From contig CAYICB010000003.1 in assembly GCA_964361825.1 (NCBI GenBank), positions 2,643-66,642 of the forward strand: DNA of 64,000 nt, given 5' to 3'. Below are positions 36,281 to 45,955 of this stretch, one piece after another (position 1 is the stretch's first letter; the number at the start of each line of letters is the position of its first letter). The notes beneath the pieces were generated by a model that worked only from the letters and a program-made list of their open reading frames with translations, was not told where the DNA came from and made no database searches. Made by a program: the position numbers and the translations under genes. This DNA comes from an uncultured Candidatus Saccharibacteria bacterium (lineage in GTDB: Bacteria > Patescibacteriota > Minisyncoccia > Phycocordibacterales > JACOZG01).

Positions 36281-36723
36281 AAACCGTTTTAGTTACCAAG
36301 CAAGGCATGACCCAAGTGTTTACGGACTCGGGAGAGGTAATTCCGGCCACGGTGGTTTTGCCGGTGGTAACTAAGGAGGGCGAAGAGCTTTTTGGTGGTT
36401 TGGTGGTTGGCGATAGGGTCAAGGTGAGTGGCGTGACCAAGGGTAAGGGATTCCAAGGCGTGGTTAAGCGCCACGGCTTTAAGGGTGGCTCGCGCACTCA
36501 TGGTCAGAAGCACTCCGAACGCGAACCCGGTTCGATTGGTGGTGGTTTGCGCACTCGTATTCCTAAAAACATGCGAATGGCCGGTCGCATGGGTGGCAAT
36601 CGAGTGACGGTGGCCAATTTGTCGATCGTTGCCCTCAATGAGACAGAGAAGTCTTTGTTAATTTCTGGAGCAGTTCCTGGTCGACGGGGCACCAAGCTTG
36701 AGATCAAAACCAATGAAAACTAA
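36277..36723 (+). CDS. rplC: 50S ribosomal protein uL3, internally shortened
   Basis: K.GMTQ, KGKGFQGVVKRH, PGSIG and MAGRMG; only 148 aa. Confidence 0.95.
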   Translation: MKTVLVTKQGMTQVFTDSGEVIPATVVLPVVTKEGEELFGGLVVGDRVKVSGVTKGKGFQGVVKRHGFKGGSRTHGQKHSEREPGSIGGGLRTRIPKNMRMAGRMGGNRVTVANLSIVALNETEKSLLISGAVPGRRGTKLEIKTNEN

Positions 36724-37372
36724 AGTCTACAACCAAGAAGCCAAAGAAATTGGCCACTTTGATTTGCCCGAGCAACTTTTTGGGGCTAAGTGGAACGCTG
36801 ATTTGGTCCATCAAGTGGTCACTTCGGCTAATACTAGTCGTCGAGCTAATACTGCTCAAGCTAAGGATCGTAGCGCGGTGCGGGGTGGTGGCAAAAAGCC
36901 GTGGCGACAAAAGGGTACTGGGCGAGCGCGCCATGGTTCCACTCGGTCGCCTTTGTGGCGTGGTGGTGGAATTACCCATGGTCCTACTACCGAACGGAAT
37001 TATGATCGAAAAATAAACAAGACGATGAAAAATCGGGCTCTGGCCGCGGTTCTTTCTCGTAAGTTGCGTGATGGCGAAGTGGTGTTACTCGATAGCTTGG
37101 CTTGGCCAGAAGTAAAGACCAAACAGGCAATAGCGATGCTTAATCAGTTTGCCACTAAACCAGAATTCAAGAAGATCAATTATCGTTCTGGTAAGAGGGC
37201 CTTGCTGGCTTTACCCGAAATTAATCCCGAGTTGGTAAAAAGTTTTCGGAACATTGCCAGTGTGCAGGTGGCCGAAGCGAGAAACTTGGGTCCAGTTGAG
37301 GCTTTGGCCTATCGTTATATTTTGTTTGTTAAGCCAGAGGTGAGTCTGCCGATTTTGGCCAAACGTTTTTAA
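36713..37372 (+). CDS. rplD: 50S ribosomal protein uL4
   Basis: KPWRQKGTGRARHG. Confidence 0.98.
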   Translation: MKTKVYNQEAKEIGHFDLPEQLFGAKWNADLVHQVVTSANTSRRANTAQAKDRSAVRGGGKKPWRQKGTGRARHGSTRSPLWRGGGITHGPTTERNYDRKINKTMKNRALAAVLSRKLRDGEVVLLDSLAWPEVKTKQAIAMLNQFATKPEFKKINYRSGKRALLALPEINPELVKSFRNIASVQVAEARNLGPVEALAYRYILFVKPEVSLPILAKRF

Positions 37373-37375
37373 ACC

Positions 37376-37675
37376 ATGTCTAAAGTAAATAAATTATCCC
37401 CAGACGCCGTAATTCTTAAACCGCATCTTACCGAACGGGCGGCTTTGGGCGAGGCTTTAACTAAGCCGGTGTACACCTTTGTGGTAGCCTCTCGCGCCAC
37501 TAAACCGGAGATTTCGCGCGCGATTAAAACCCTTTATCAAGTAACGCCCCTCAAGGTAAATATTCTTCGGGCTAAACCCAAGCGCTTTGTTTACCGTGGT
37601 CGTGGGGGCAAAACTGCTGGTTTTAAGAAAGCCCGAGTTTTTTTACCAGCGGGTACTAAAATTACTTTGCTCTAA
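37376..37675 (+). CDS. rplW: 50S ribosomal protein uL23
   Basis: P..TE, YTF.V...ATK.EI and KKA.V.L; operon position. Confidence 0.95.
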   Translation: MSKVNKLSPDAVILKPHLTERAALGEALTKPVYTFVVASRATKPEISRAIKTLYQVTPLKVNILRAKPKRFVYRGRGGKTAGFKKARVFLPAGTKITLL

Positions 37676-37677
37676 AA

Positions 37678-38505
37678 ATGAAAACTTATCGCCCTACCAC
37701 CAAAAGTCGCCGTCATACTATTACGATCAATTATCGGGCGGTTTTAACGGCGGCTGAACCGCACAAACCCCTCACTTTTGGCCGGAAGCGTTACATGGGT
37801 CGAAACAAGGCTGGCCGCATTACCGTGCGACACAAGGGTGGCGGGTCAAAGCGGTTATATCGAGAAATTGATTTTCGTTACGACAAAATCAATATTCCGG
37901 CGCGAATCGAGACCATTGAGTATGACCCCAATCGTTCTGGTTTTATTGCTTTGGTGCTTTACGCTGATGGTGAGCGGCGTTATGTTTTGGCTCCAAAGGG
38001 TTTAAAAGTGGGCGATTCTTTAATGGCTTCAGCGGAGGCTGATCTGACCACCGGAAATCGTTTACCCTTGGCCAAGATTCCTGTTGGCTCCTTTGTTTAT
38101 AATCTAGAAGTAAAGCCGGGCGGTGGCGCTAAATTGGTGCGTTCGGCCGGTAATTTTGCGCAAGTTCTCTCTAATGATGCGGGCTACACCTTGATTAAGA
38201 TGCCATCGAGCGAAACGCGGAAGATTGATGATCAGGCCTGGGCCTCAATTGGCTCGGTCTCTAATGAAGAAAATAAATTGATTAAGCTTGGTAAAGCTGG
38301 TCGCTCGCGCTGGCTGGGGATTAGGCCAACCGTGCGGGGTAGCGCCATGAATCCGGTCGACCACCCCTATGGTGGTGGTGAGGGTCGCCAAGGTCGAGGG
38401 ACGCGTCGGCCCAAAACGATGTGGGGTAAAATCACTGGTGGTCGGAAGACCCGCCGCCCCAAGAAGTATTCTAACCATTTGATTATTTCTCGCCGTTCTG
38501 GTTAA
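37678..38505 (+). CDS. rplB: 50S ribosomal protein uL2
   Basis: EYDPNRS and AMNPVDHPYGGGEG. Confidence 0.99.
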   Translation: MKTYRPTTKSRRHTITINYRAVLTAAEPHKPLTFGRKRYMGRNKAGRITVRHKGGGSKRLYREIDFRYDKINIPARIETIEYDPNRSGFIALVLYADGERRYVLAPKGLKVGDSLMASAEADLTTGNRLPLAKIPVGSFVYNLEVKPGGGAKLVRSAGNFAQVLSNDAGYTLIKMPSSETRKIDDQAWASIGSVSNEENKLIKLGKAGRSRWLGIRPTVRGSAMNPVDHPYGGGEGRQGRGTRRPKTMWGKITGGRKTRRPKKYSNHLIISRRSG

Positions 38506-38520
38506 CTCAAGCCCGCCACC

Positions 38521-38883
38521 ATGACAAGATCGCTTAAAAAAGGCCCATTTATTGACCCAAAGCTCCTGAAGAAAATTTCGGGTAAAAAACCGATGGAAGC
38601 GGGGGTGATTAAAACTTGGTCACGAGCCAGTGAGATTAGTCCGGAGATGGTCGGTTTTACCTTCGGTGTGCATAATGGCCGAGATCATGTGCCGGTGTTG
38701 GTGGCGGAAGAAATGGTCGGACATCGTTTGGGAGAGTTTAGTCCAACCCGGAAGTTTATTCGCCATGGCGGTAAGATGCAGAAAGAAATGGAGCAGAAGA
38801 AAAAAGAAGCCGAGATTGCGGCAGCTAAGGCCGCCAAAGAGCCGGCCGCCGCGACTGGTGCCGCCACGGCCCCTAAAAAATAA
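38521..38883 (+). CDS. rpsS: 30S ribosomal protein uS19
   Basis: RSLKKGPF and [11 protein letters not shown]; Ala/Lys-rich tail. Confidence 0.98.
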   Translation: MTRSLKKGPFIDPKLLKKISGKKPMEAGVIKTWSRASEISPEMVGFTFGVHNGRDHVPVLVAEEMVGHRLGEFSPTRKFIRHGGKMQKEMEQKKKEAEIAAAKAAKEPAAATGAATAPKK

Positions 38884-38898
38884 TTAATTAGAAAAAAC

Positions 38899-39240
38899 AT
38901 GAAAGCTGCCCTTTATCGTTATCGTCAATCACCACGCAAGGTTCGTTTGGTGGCTAATTTGGTGGCCGGAAAAAGGGTGGCTGAGGCGCTAAAGCAACTT
39001 GAGTTTTTGCCCAAGAGAGCGGCTTTGCCTCTGGCTAAATTAATTAAGTCGGCCGTGGCGAATGCGGTTAATAATTTAAAAATGAGCGCCGATCACCTGA
39101 TCGTTAAGAACTTAACGGTCGATAAGGATGTGGTCTTAAAGCGTTTTCGACCTCGAGCGCGAGGTTCGGCCAGCAGAATCAATAAACGCACCAGTCAGGT
39201 GCGAGTGATTTTGGCCGAACAGGTGACGAATAAAAAATAA
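38899..39240 (+). CDS. rplV: 50S ribosomal protein uL22
   Basis: SPRKVRLV, SAVANA and PRARG. Confidence 0.98.
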   Translation: MKAALYRYRQSPRKVRLVANLVAGKRVAEALKQLEFLPKRAALPLAKLIKSAVANAVNNLKMSADHLIVKNLTVDKDVVLKRFRPRARGSASRINKRTSQVRVILAEQVTNKK

Positions 39241-39241
39241 T

Positions 39242-39907
39242 ATGACGCATAAAGTTCATCCTTACGCTCATCGTTTAGGCCTGCTCACTGATTGGCGGTC
39301 GCGCTGGTTTGGCGGCCGAGACAATTATCAGGCCTTTTTGCGCACCGATGTGTTGGTGCGAGAATTTTTAGAAAAGAAATTGCGCGGTTTTTATGTGAGC
39401 GCGGTAGAGATGGAGCGCGGGGCTAATTATTGGCGAGTAATTATTAAAACTTCTCGACCGGGAATGGTTATTGGTCGTTCGGGTGAGGGGGCCACGAAAT
39501 TGCGCCAAGAGGTTTTGGCCTATGCCAAAAAAATCGAAGGGGTTATCCCGCGTGATTTCAAAATTGATATTGAGGAAGTAAAAAACCCTGATGCCGATGC
39601 CGCTATCGTGGCCTTCAATGTGGCTGAAGGTTTGGAGAAGCGTTTGCCCTTTCGCCGAGTGCTAAAGCAAACGACCGAGAAGGTTCTGGCCGCGCGCGGG
39701 GTGGACGGGGTGAGAATTGATGTTTCTGGCCGCTTGGGTGGCGCAGAGATTGCGCGTAAAGAAAGTTTGAAAAAGGGTCGCTTGCCGTTGCAAACTTTGC
39801 GCGCCAATATCGATTTTGCGCGCGAGAAAGCCTACCTTTCTTACGGAGTAATTGGGGTCAAGGTGTGGATTTATAAGGGGCAAGTTTTTGACGAAATTAA
39901 AAAATAA
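39242..39907 (+). CDS. rpsC: 30S ribosomal protein uS3
   Basis: HKVHP, RPGMVIG, GRLGGAE and GVKVWIY. Confidence 0.98.
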   Translation: MTHKVHPYAHRLGLLTDWRSRWFGGRDNYQAFLRTDVLVREFLEKKLRGFYVSAVEMERGANYWRVIIKTSRPGMVIGRSGEGATKLRQEVLAYAKKIEGVIPRDFKIDIEEVKNPDADAAIVAFNVAEGLEKRLPFRRVLKQTTEKVLAARGVDGVRIDVSGRLGGAEIARKESLKKGRLPLQTLRANIDFAREKAYLSYGVIGVKVWIYKGQVFDEIKK

Positions 39908-39910
39908 ACC

Positions 39911-40327
39911 ATGTTGCTCCCGAAAAAAGTAAAATATCGCAAATGGCATACCATGCGGCGCAACCCCAAAAAGGTGATGGTGGAGACACGCGGCCTAACC
40001 TTAGCCTTCGGTTCTCATGGGTTAAAAGCTGAAACTGTTGGTCGGGTGCGCTCGAATCAAATTGAGTCGGCGCGTAAAGTGATTGTGCGCGAAATTAAGA
40101 AAGGCGGAAAACTTTGGATTAGAATTTTCCCCGATAAACCCTACACGGCTAAACCCGCCGAAGTGGGTATGGGTAAAGGTAAGGGTGATCCACAGGGTTA
40201 TGAGTTTGAAGTCAAACCCGGTCGAGTTATCTTTGAGCTTGATGGTTTGCCCGATGAACAAGCAAAAGATGTTTTGCGCCAAGCGGGCAGCAAATTACCC
40301 CTTAAAACCAGAGTGATTAGTCGATAA
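39911..40327 (+). CDS. rplP: 50S ribosomal protein uL16
   Basis: WIRIFPDKP and MGKGKG. Confidence 0.98.
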   Translation: MLLPKKVKYRKWHTMRRNPKKVMVETRGLTLAFGSHGLKAETVGRVRSNQIESARKVIVREIKKGGKLWIRIFPDKPYTAKPAEVGMGKGKGDPQGYEFEVKPGRVIFELDGLPDEQAKDVLRQAGSKLPLKTRVISR

Positions 40328-40331
40328 AAAC

Positions 40332-40526
40332 ATGGCCAAAGATAAAACAAAAATTTGGATTGATAAGAACCCGAGTGATTTGAAAAAACTCGTGACGGAG
40401 CGGGTGGCTAAATTACGCACCTTTCGCTTTAGTGTGGCCGGAAGCAAAATTACCAATGTGAAGGAGGGGAAAAAATTGCGTCGAGAAATTGCCCAGGTTC
40501 TTACGGCACTACGAAACACTAAATAA
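40332..40526 (+). CDS. rpmC: 50S ribosomal protein uL29
   Basis: RREIAQVLT; operon position. Confidence 0.92.
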   Translation: MAKDKTKIWIDKNPSDLKKLVTERVAKLRTFRFSVAGSKITNVKEGKKLRREIAQVLTALRNTK

Positions 40527-40527
40527 T

Positions 40528-40752
40528 ATGACCAAAGGTAAAATGTTGACGGGGGTAATCGTTTCGACCAAAATGGCCAAAACCGCGGTGGTGGAAGTTT
40601 CGCGATTGGTTAAACATCCTAAATATGGTAAGTTCTTGCGGCGGAGCAAGCGCTATTTGGCCCACGATGAGGCTGGGCACCAAACGGGCGAGAAAGTTAC
40701 CATCGTCGAAACCGCCCCGCTCTCTAAACGCAAACACTTTCGAGTAGTGTAA
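40528..40752 (+). CDS. rpsQ: 30S ribosomal protein uS17
   Basis: G..VS.KM.KT, HPKYGK and PLSKRK. Confidence 0.97.
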   Translation: MTKGKMLTGVIVSTKMAKTAVVEVSRLVKHPKYGKFLRRSKRYLAHDEAGHQTGEKVTIVETAPLSKRKHFRVV

Positions 40753-40768
40753 ATTATTTAATAAAACC

Positions 40769-41140
40769 ATGATTCAACCGCGTTCGATTGTGAAGATTGC
40801 TGATAATACCGGAGCTAAGCTTGGGCGCGTGTTTAAGGTGCTTGGCGGTTCTAAACGGCGCTATGCTCGGCTTGGTGATTTGGTGGTGATCTCGATCCAA
40901 ACCGCCGAACCGCAAAAAGCGGTTAAGAAAAAAGAAGTTTGCCGCGCGGTGGTGGTGCGCAGTCGCGAGGCGCATCGTCGGGCTGATGGTTCTTATGTTC
41001 GCTTTGATGAAAATGCTGTGGTGCTTTTAGAAAAAGATAAACCAGAGCCACGCGGGGGGCGTATTTTCGGACCAATTCCGCGCGAAATTGCTGATCTTGG
41101 CTATCAGAAAATTGTTTCTTTAGCGCCAGAAATTGTTTAA
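40769..41140 (+). CDS. rplN: 50S ribosomal protein uL14
   Basis: ADNTGA, FDENAVV and SLAPE. Confidence 0.99.
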   Translation: MIQPRSIVKIADNTGAKLGRVFKVLGGSKRRYARLGDLVVISIQTAEPQKAVKKKEVCRAVVVRSREAHRRADGSYVRFDENAVVLLEKDKPEPRGGRIFGPIPREIADLGYQKIVSLAPEIV

Positions 41141-41145
41141 GAATC

Positions 41146-41454
41146 ATGATGAAACTCAAGAAAAACGATGAGGTGGTGGTGATGACGGGCAAAGATCGCA
41201 CTAAGCGGGGTAAGATTTTGCGCGTTTTGCCCAAAGAGTATCGGTTGGTGGTAGAGGGGGTAAATGTGCGTAAGGTGAGAGAACGAGCGCGTAAGGCTGG
41301 CGCCAAGGGTCAAGTGATTGAGCGACCTTCTCCGGTGGCCATTTCTAATGTTTTGCTTTATTGTGCCGCTTGTAAAAAGGGGGTGCGCGTGGGGAGTAAA
41401 TTACTTAAAACCAAGAAGGTGAGAATTTGTAAACAGTGTGAGAAAGAAATTTAA
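41146..41454 (+). CDS. rplX: 50S ribosomal protein uL24
   Basis: KOW motif V.V.TGKDR and VEGVN. Confidence 0.97.
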   Translation: MMKLKKNDEVVVMTGKDRTKRGKILRVLPKEYRLVVEGVNVRKVRERARKAGAKGQVIERPSPVAISNVLLYCAACKKGVRVGSKLLKTKKVRICKQCEKEI

Positions 41455-41459
41455 AAAAC

Positions 41460-41993
41460 ATGATTCCGGTTAAAGAAAAATTAAAACAAGCTCGACCGGC
41501 GCTTAAAGAGGCGCTAAAAATTACTAATGATCTAGCCGCTCCGCGGCTTCTAAAGGTGGTTTTGAGTTCTGGTACGGGTAAGGCTAAAGATAAGAAGCGT
41601 AATGAGCTAGTGGCGAATCGTCTGGCCAAAATTACAGGGCAAAAAGCCTCACCCCGAGGAGCAAAAAAGGCTATTGCCTCGTTTAAAACTCGTCAGGGTG
41701 ATGTGGTTGGTTTTGCGGTGACTTTGCGGGGTGAGCGAATGTATCACTTTTTAGACCGTTTGCTTAATGTGGCTGTGCCTCGGATTCGCGATTTTCGTGG
41801 TTTTGATGATAAAAGCGTGGATGAGATTGGCAACTTGACCATTGGAATTCGCGAGCACACCGTTTTTCCTGAAACCGCTGATGAAGATCTCAAAGATGTG
41901 TTTGGTTTTGCGGTGACGATTGCCACTACAGCCAAGAATCGCGCCGAGGCCCTCGCCCTCTTTCGTGGCATCGGCTTTCCATTTAAGAAGTAA
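41460..41993 (+). CDS. rplE: 50S ribosomal protein uL5
   Basis: ITGQK and PRIRDFRG. Confidence 0.98.
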   Translation: MIPVKEKLKQARPALKEALKITNDLAAPRLLKVVLSSGTGKAKDKKRNELVANRLAKITGQKASPRGAKKAIASFKTRQGDVVGFAVTLRGERMYHFLDRLLNVAVPRIRDFRGFDDKSVDEIGNLTIGIREHTVFPETADEDLKDVFGFAVTIATTAKNRAEALALFRGIGFPFKK

Positions 41994-42046
41994 GAGCCCC
42001 GATTGACTTAAGGTTGGGCTCTTGCTAGCATGGTGACGCTTTCTTT

Positions 42047-42232
42047 ATGGCAAAAACATCAGTCATTGCGAGGGCAAAAAAGCCCCCGAAGTTTAGTACT
42101 CGCCTCGTGCGGCGCTGTTTTCGTTGTGGTCGTAAGCGGGCCTTTATGCGCTCTTTCGAGCTATGCCGAATTTGTTTTCGGGAGCTAGCTAATGAGGGCA
42201 AGATTCCCGGGGTAAAGAAATCTTCTTGGTAA
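42047..42232 (+). CDS. rpsN: 30S ribosomal protein uS14 (zinc-binding type Z)
   Basis: RCFRCGR...LCRICFRE. Confidence 0.98.
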   Translation: MAKTSVIARAKKPPKFSTRLVRRCFRCGRKRAFMRSFELCRICFRELANEGKIPGVKKSSW

Positions 42233-42233
42233 T

Positions 42234-42626
42234 ATGAACACCGATCCCATTGCTGATTTTCTAATTCGTCTACAAAATGCCGCCGGCGCTGGTAAGGTGG
42301 CGGTAGATGTGCCGTTTTCTAATTTTAAATTAGCGATTGCTAAGTTGTTAGAAGAAAATAATTATCTCAAAATTGTGCCGGCCAAGAGTAAGACCGGCCG
42401 CAAGATTTTGCATCTGGAATTAGTCAAAGATGGTTCACGCTTTAAGTTGCAAGGCGTGGAGCGGTTATCTAAGGTTTCTCGTCGGGTGTATGAACCGGCG
42501 AGCAATCTCCGTTTGGTCAAACGCGGCCACGGCCTCTTGGTGGTCTCCACCTCGCAAGGTTTGATGACCGGCACCAAGGCGCGTCAAGCCGGTTTGGGTG
42601 GCGAGCTTTTATTTAAAATTTGGTAA
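42234..42626 (+). CDS. rpsH: 30S ribosomal protein uS8
   Basis: DPIADFL.R..N, STSQG and GGEL. Confidence 0.97.
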   Translation: MNTDPIADFLIRLQNAAGAGKVAVDVPFSNFKLAIAKLLEENNYLKIVPAKSKTGRKILHLELVKDGSRFKLQGVERLSKVSRRVYEPASNLRLVKRGHGLLVVSTSQGLMTGTKARQAGLGGELLFKIW

Positions 42627-42627
42627 T

Positions 42628-43164
42628 ATGTCACGCCTAGTTAAAAAACCGATTAGTTTGCCACCTAAGGTTGAGTTTAGCCAAAATGGTGAGACGATAA
42701 CTGTTAAGGGGCCGCTCGGCACGCTTAGTCGTGATTTTAGGAATTTGATTGATTTTGCTCTCGAGGAGGGTGGAGTTAAACTAAGTGCCAAGCGGGAGAC
42801 CTTGGAAACAAAAACTCTTTTGGGTACATATGCTTCGCACCTCAAAAATATGGTTTTGGGTGTCAGTCAAGGTTTTACCAAAAAGTTAATTTTGGAAGGG
42901 GTGGGCTTTAAGGCCAATGTGGCTGGTAATAAACTCGCGCTTAGTTTAGGCTTTTCTCATCCGGTAGAAGTGGCAATTCCGGCCGAGCTTAAAGTGACGA
43001 GCGAAAAGAATTTGGTGACGGTCACGGGAAACAATAAGGAGACGGTCGGCCAATTTTCGGCCAACCTTCGGTCTCTGAAGAAGCCGGAACCGTATAAAGG
43101 CAAAGGCTTTCGTTATGAGGGTGAGGTCATTTCTCGCAAACAGGGTAAGAAGGTGGTCGCTTAA
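42628..43164 (+). CDS. rplF: 50S ribosomal protein uL6
   Basis: VKGPLG, GFSHPV and PEPYKGKG. Confidence 0.98.
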   Translation: MSRLVKKPISLPPKVEFSQNGETITVKGPLGTLSRDFRNLIDFALEEGGVKLSAKRETLETKTLLGTYASHLKNMVLGVSQGFTKKLILEGVGFKANVAGNKLALSLGFSHPVEVAIPAELKVTSEKNLVTVTGNNKETVGQFSANLRSLKKPEPYKGKGFRYEGEVISRKQGKKVVA

Positions 43165-43166
43165 AC

Positions 43167-43547
43167 ATGCTTAAACTTAAAACCAAAAACGATCAGCGCC
43201 AGCATCGACACCGCAAAATTCGGACCAAAATTAGCGGGGATGAAACACGGCCACGGTTGGCAGTTTTCCGGTCTAATCGGCATATTTATGCTCAACTCAT
43301 CAATGACCAAGTGGGTAAAACCTTGCTGGCCGCGAGTGATGCTGATATTAAGGGTCTAAAGCGTGATGGTGAAGCGGCTAAGCTTTTGCCCAAACAGGGC
43401 GATGCCTTTTTGGTGGGGCAATTGCTGGCCACTAAGGCTTTGGGTTTGCGCGTTAAAGACATTTCTTTTGATCGGGGGGGCTACCTTTTTAGTGGTCGAG
43501 TGAAGGCGCTGGCTTTGGGCGCGCGCGCTGGAGGACTTAATTTTTAA
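43167..43547 (+). CDS. rplR: 50S ribosomal protein uL18
   Basis: [10 protein letters not shown] and FDRGGY. Confidence 0.98.
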   Translation: MLKLKTKNDQRQHRHRKIRTKISGDETRPRLAVFRSNRHIYAQLINDQVGKTLLAASDADIKGLKRDGEAAKLLPKQGDAFLVGQLLATKALGLRVKDISFDRGGYLFSGRVKALALGARAGGLNF

Positions 43548-43554
43548 AATATTT

Positions 43555-44040
43555 ATGGCTAGACCAGAACATCAACATCGCGGCCGCGGCGGACGACAAA
43601 CCGAAAAGCCGGAATTTGACCAAAAAACGATTACGATTCGTCGGGTAACTCGGGTGGTTAAAGGTGGGCGCCGGTTTAGCTTCTCGGCAGTGATTGCCGC
43701 GGGCGATCGCCTTGGTCGGGTGGGTCTTGGGGTCGGCAAAGCGGCTGATGTCTCGCTTGCGATTGAGAAAGGCTTCAAAGATGCACGTAAACACATGTTT
43801 AAATTGGCGCTAACCAAAGATTCTTCTTTGCCTTACGATGTTTCGGCCAAGTTTTCTAGTTCACAAGTACGCTTGGCGCCGGCGCCCGGCCGGGGTTTAT
43901 CGGCCGGTTCCGCTGCCCGAATTATTTTAGAACTGGCGGGCGTGCGTAATGTTTCGGCCAAATTTATTTCGCGTAGTAAAAATAAGCTCAATAATGCTCG
44001 AGCGGCCATGAAGGCGTTGGAGCATTTTGTCCAAAAATAA
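43555..44040 (+). CDS. rpsE: 30S ribosomal protein uS5
   Basis: RVTRVVKGGRRFSF. Confidence 0.98.
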   Translation: MARPEHQHRGRGGRQTEKPEFDQKTITIRRVTRVVKGGRRFSFSAVIAAGDRLGRVGLGVGKAADVSLAIEKGFKDARKHMFKLALTKDSSLPYDVSAKFSSSQVRLAPAPGRGLSAGSAARIILELAGVRNVSAKFISRSKNKLNNARAAMKALEHFVQK

Positions 44041-44041
44041 T

Positions 44042-44473
44042 ATGCAACTTCAAGATTTAAAACCTCAACACTCGTGGGCAAAGAAGAAAACGGTGGGTCG
44101 GGGCGGTAAACGCGGGACCACGGCCGGTCGCGGTACTAAGGGGCAAAAGGCGCGTGCTGGTCATCGGATGCGCCCAGAATTGCGTGATATTATTAAAAAA
44201 TTACCCAAGCAGAGAGGTTATCACTTTAGTTCGATAAATACGCGACCGGCGGTGGTAGATTTGGCGGTGATTGCTAGCAAGTTTACCGCTGGAGAAATAA
44301 TTTCCCCCAAAACCCTAGTGGCTAAGGGTTTGGCCAAGATGGTTGGCGGTTATTTACCTAAGATTAAGATTTTGGGGACAGCTGAACTCAAGACTAAACT
44401 GATCATCAATGATTGCCTCTTTTCGAGCGGGGCGCGCGAGGTGGTGCAAGCGGCTGGCGGCACGATTAAATGA
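44042..44473 (+). CDS. rplO: 50S ribosomal protein uL15
   Basis: GRG...GRGTKGQKAR and KLPK.RG. Confidence 0.97.
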   Translation: MQLQDLKPQHSWAKKKTVGRGGKRGTTAGRGTKGQKARAGHRMRPELRDIIKKLPKQRGYHFSSINTRPAVVDLAVIASKFTAGEIISPKTLVAKGLAKMVGGYLPKIKILGTAELKTKLIINDCLFSSGAREVVQAAGGTIK

Positions 44474-45741
44474 ATAATTTTCTCCACAAACTAAAAGTAA
44501 TTTGGAGTGATCGGAGTTTGCGACGCAAAGTGTTGTTTTTGGTTTTGGCCCTAATTCTTTTCCGTTTAGGGGCGGCGGTGCCGATCCCCGGAGTTAATCA
44601 TGAGGTGCTAAATCGTTTTTTGGCGAGCAATCAATTTTTCGGTTTGCTCAATATCTTTTCTGGTGGCGGCCTTTCTAATTTGTCGGTGGTGATGCTAGGG
44701 GTTGGTCCATTTATTACCGCTTCCATTATCATGCAGTTGCTCACCATTATGGTGCCGGCGCTTAAGGAGCTTTATCATGAGTCGGGGGAGTTGGGCCGCC
44801 GGAAATTTGCCCAATACTCACGCGTGCTTACGGTACCGCTTGCCATGTTGCAAGGTTTTAGTTTGCTAATTTTACTCGAGCGGCAAGGAGCGCTTTTGCC
44901 CTTATCCATTTTTGATCGCTTGACCAATGTTTTGGTAGTAACCGCCGGATCAATCATTTTAATGTGGCTTGGTGAGTTGATTAGCGAATATGGTATTGGT
45001 AATGGGACTTCGCTCCTGATTTTTGCCGGTATTGTGGCGGGGATTCCTTCCCAGTTGAGTCAGGTGATTGTGAACTTTGAGCCGGCGCAAGTGCCAATTT
45101 ATTTGGCCTTTGTACTGGTGGCGATTATTACGATTGCGGGAGTGGTGGTGGTCACCGAGGCTGAGCGCCCGGTGCCGATTACTTATGCTAAGCAGGTGCG
45201 GGGCAATAAGGTGTATGGCGGTGTTTCCACTTATTTACCCTTGCGGCTTAATCAGTCGGGAGTGATGCCGATTATTTTTGCCTTATCACTTCTTTTGTTT
45301 CCGCAAATGATTGCCCAGTTTTTAACCAATGTTTCTAGTGATTTGGTGCGGGCCATGGCGAGCTTAATTTTAGAATTGCTCAATAATCAGTGGGTTTACG
45401 GCGTGTCTTACTTTGTGTTGATCTTTTTGTTTACTTATTTTTATTCAGCGATCACTTTTGACCCAGAAGCGATTGCGAATAATTTGCAAAAAGGAGGCGC
45501 TTTTATCCCCGGCGTTCGACCCGGCATACCCACGCGCGACCACCTTAATCGCACGGTTAATCGTTTAACCTTGGTGGGAGCAATGTTTTTGGGGGTGGTA
45601 GCGATTTTACCTCTAATTATGCGCGCGGTCACGGGGATGCAGTCTCTCGCGATTGGTGGCACCGCCCTTTTGATTGTGGTCTCGGTGTCGCTTGATCTGA
45701 TGAAGCAACTTGATGCCCAAACCACCATGCGGGAGTATTAG
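44470..45741 (+). CDS. secY: Preprotein translocase SecY
   Basis: GPFITASII, GIGNG.S and IPGVRPG. Confidence 0.99.
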   Translation: MNNFLHKLKVIWSDRSLRRKVLFLVLALILFRLGAAVPIPGVNHEVLNRFLASNQFFGLLNIFSGGGLSNLSVVMLGVGPFITASIIMQLLTIMVPALKELYHESGELGRRKFAQYSRVLTVPLAMLQGFSLLILLERQGALLPLSIFDRLTNVLVVTAGSIILMWLGELISEYGIGNGTSLLIFAGIVAGIPSQLSQVIVNFEPAQVPIYLAFVLVAIITIAGVVVVTEAERPVPITYAKQVRGNKVYGGVSTYLPLRLNQSGVMPIIFALSLLLFPQMIAQFLTNVSSDLVRAMASLILELLNNQWVYGVSYFVLIFLFTYFYSAITFDPEAIANNLQKGGAFIPGVRPGIPTRDHLNRTVNRLTLVGAMFLGVVAILPLIMRAVTGMQSLAIGGTALLIVVSVSLDLMKQLDAQTTMREY

Positions 45742-45763
45742 TTTGTGTTAAAATAGGCTTACT

Positions 45764-45955
45764 ATGTCACAAATTGTTTTTAACCCCGACGACAGAGAGT
45801 ATCGTCGGGCGGGGCGCGGTGTTGGGCGGGGCGGTTTGGTGGGGCTAGTGATGCGCTTGGGGGCGCGGAGCGAAGCGTCCGCCAATTTTATTTTATTAGT
45901 TTCAGCGCTAGCCATCTTCGTTTTAGCCGGTATTATTTTCTTTTTTAATTCATGA
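45764..45955 (+). CDS. Small membrane protein
   Basis: 63 aa with a C-terminal TM helix; fills the secY-adk gap. Confidence 0.65.
   Translation: MSQIVFNPDDREYRRAGRGVGRGGLVGLVMRLGARSEASANFILLVSALAIFVLAGIIFFFNS

Noticed and set aside
44040-44042. Absence of rpmD (uL30) between rpsE and rplO
   Set aside because: Real but an established CPR trait; used only as a taxonomic clue
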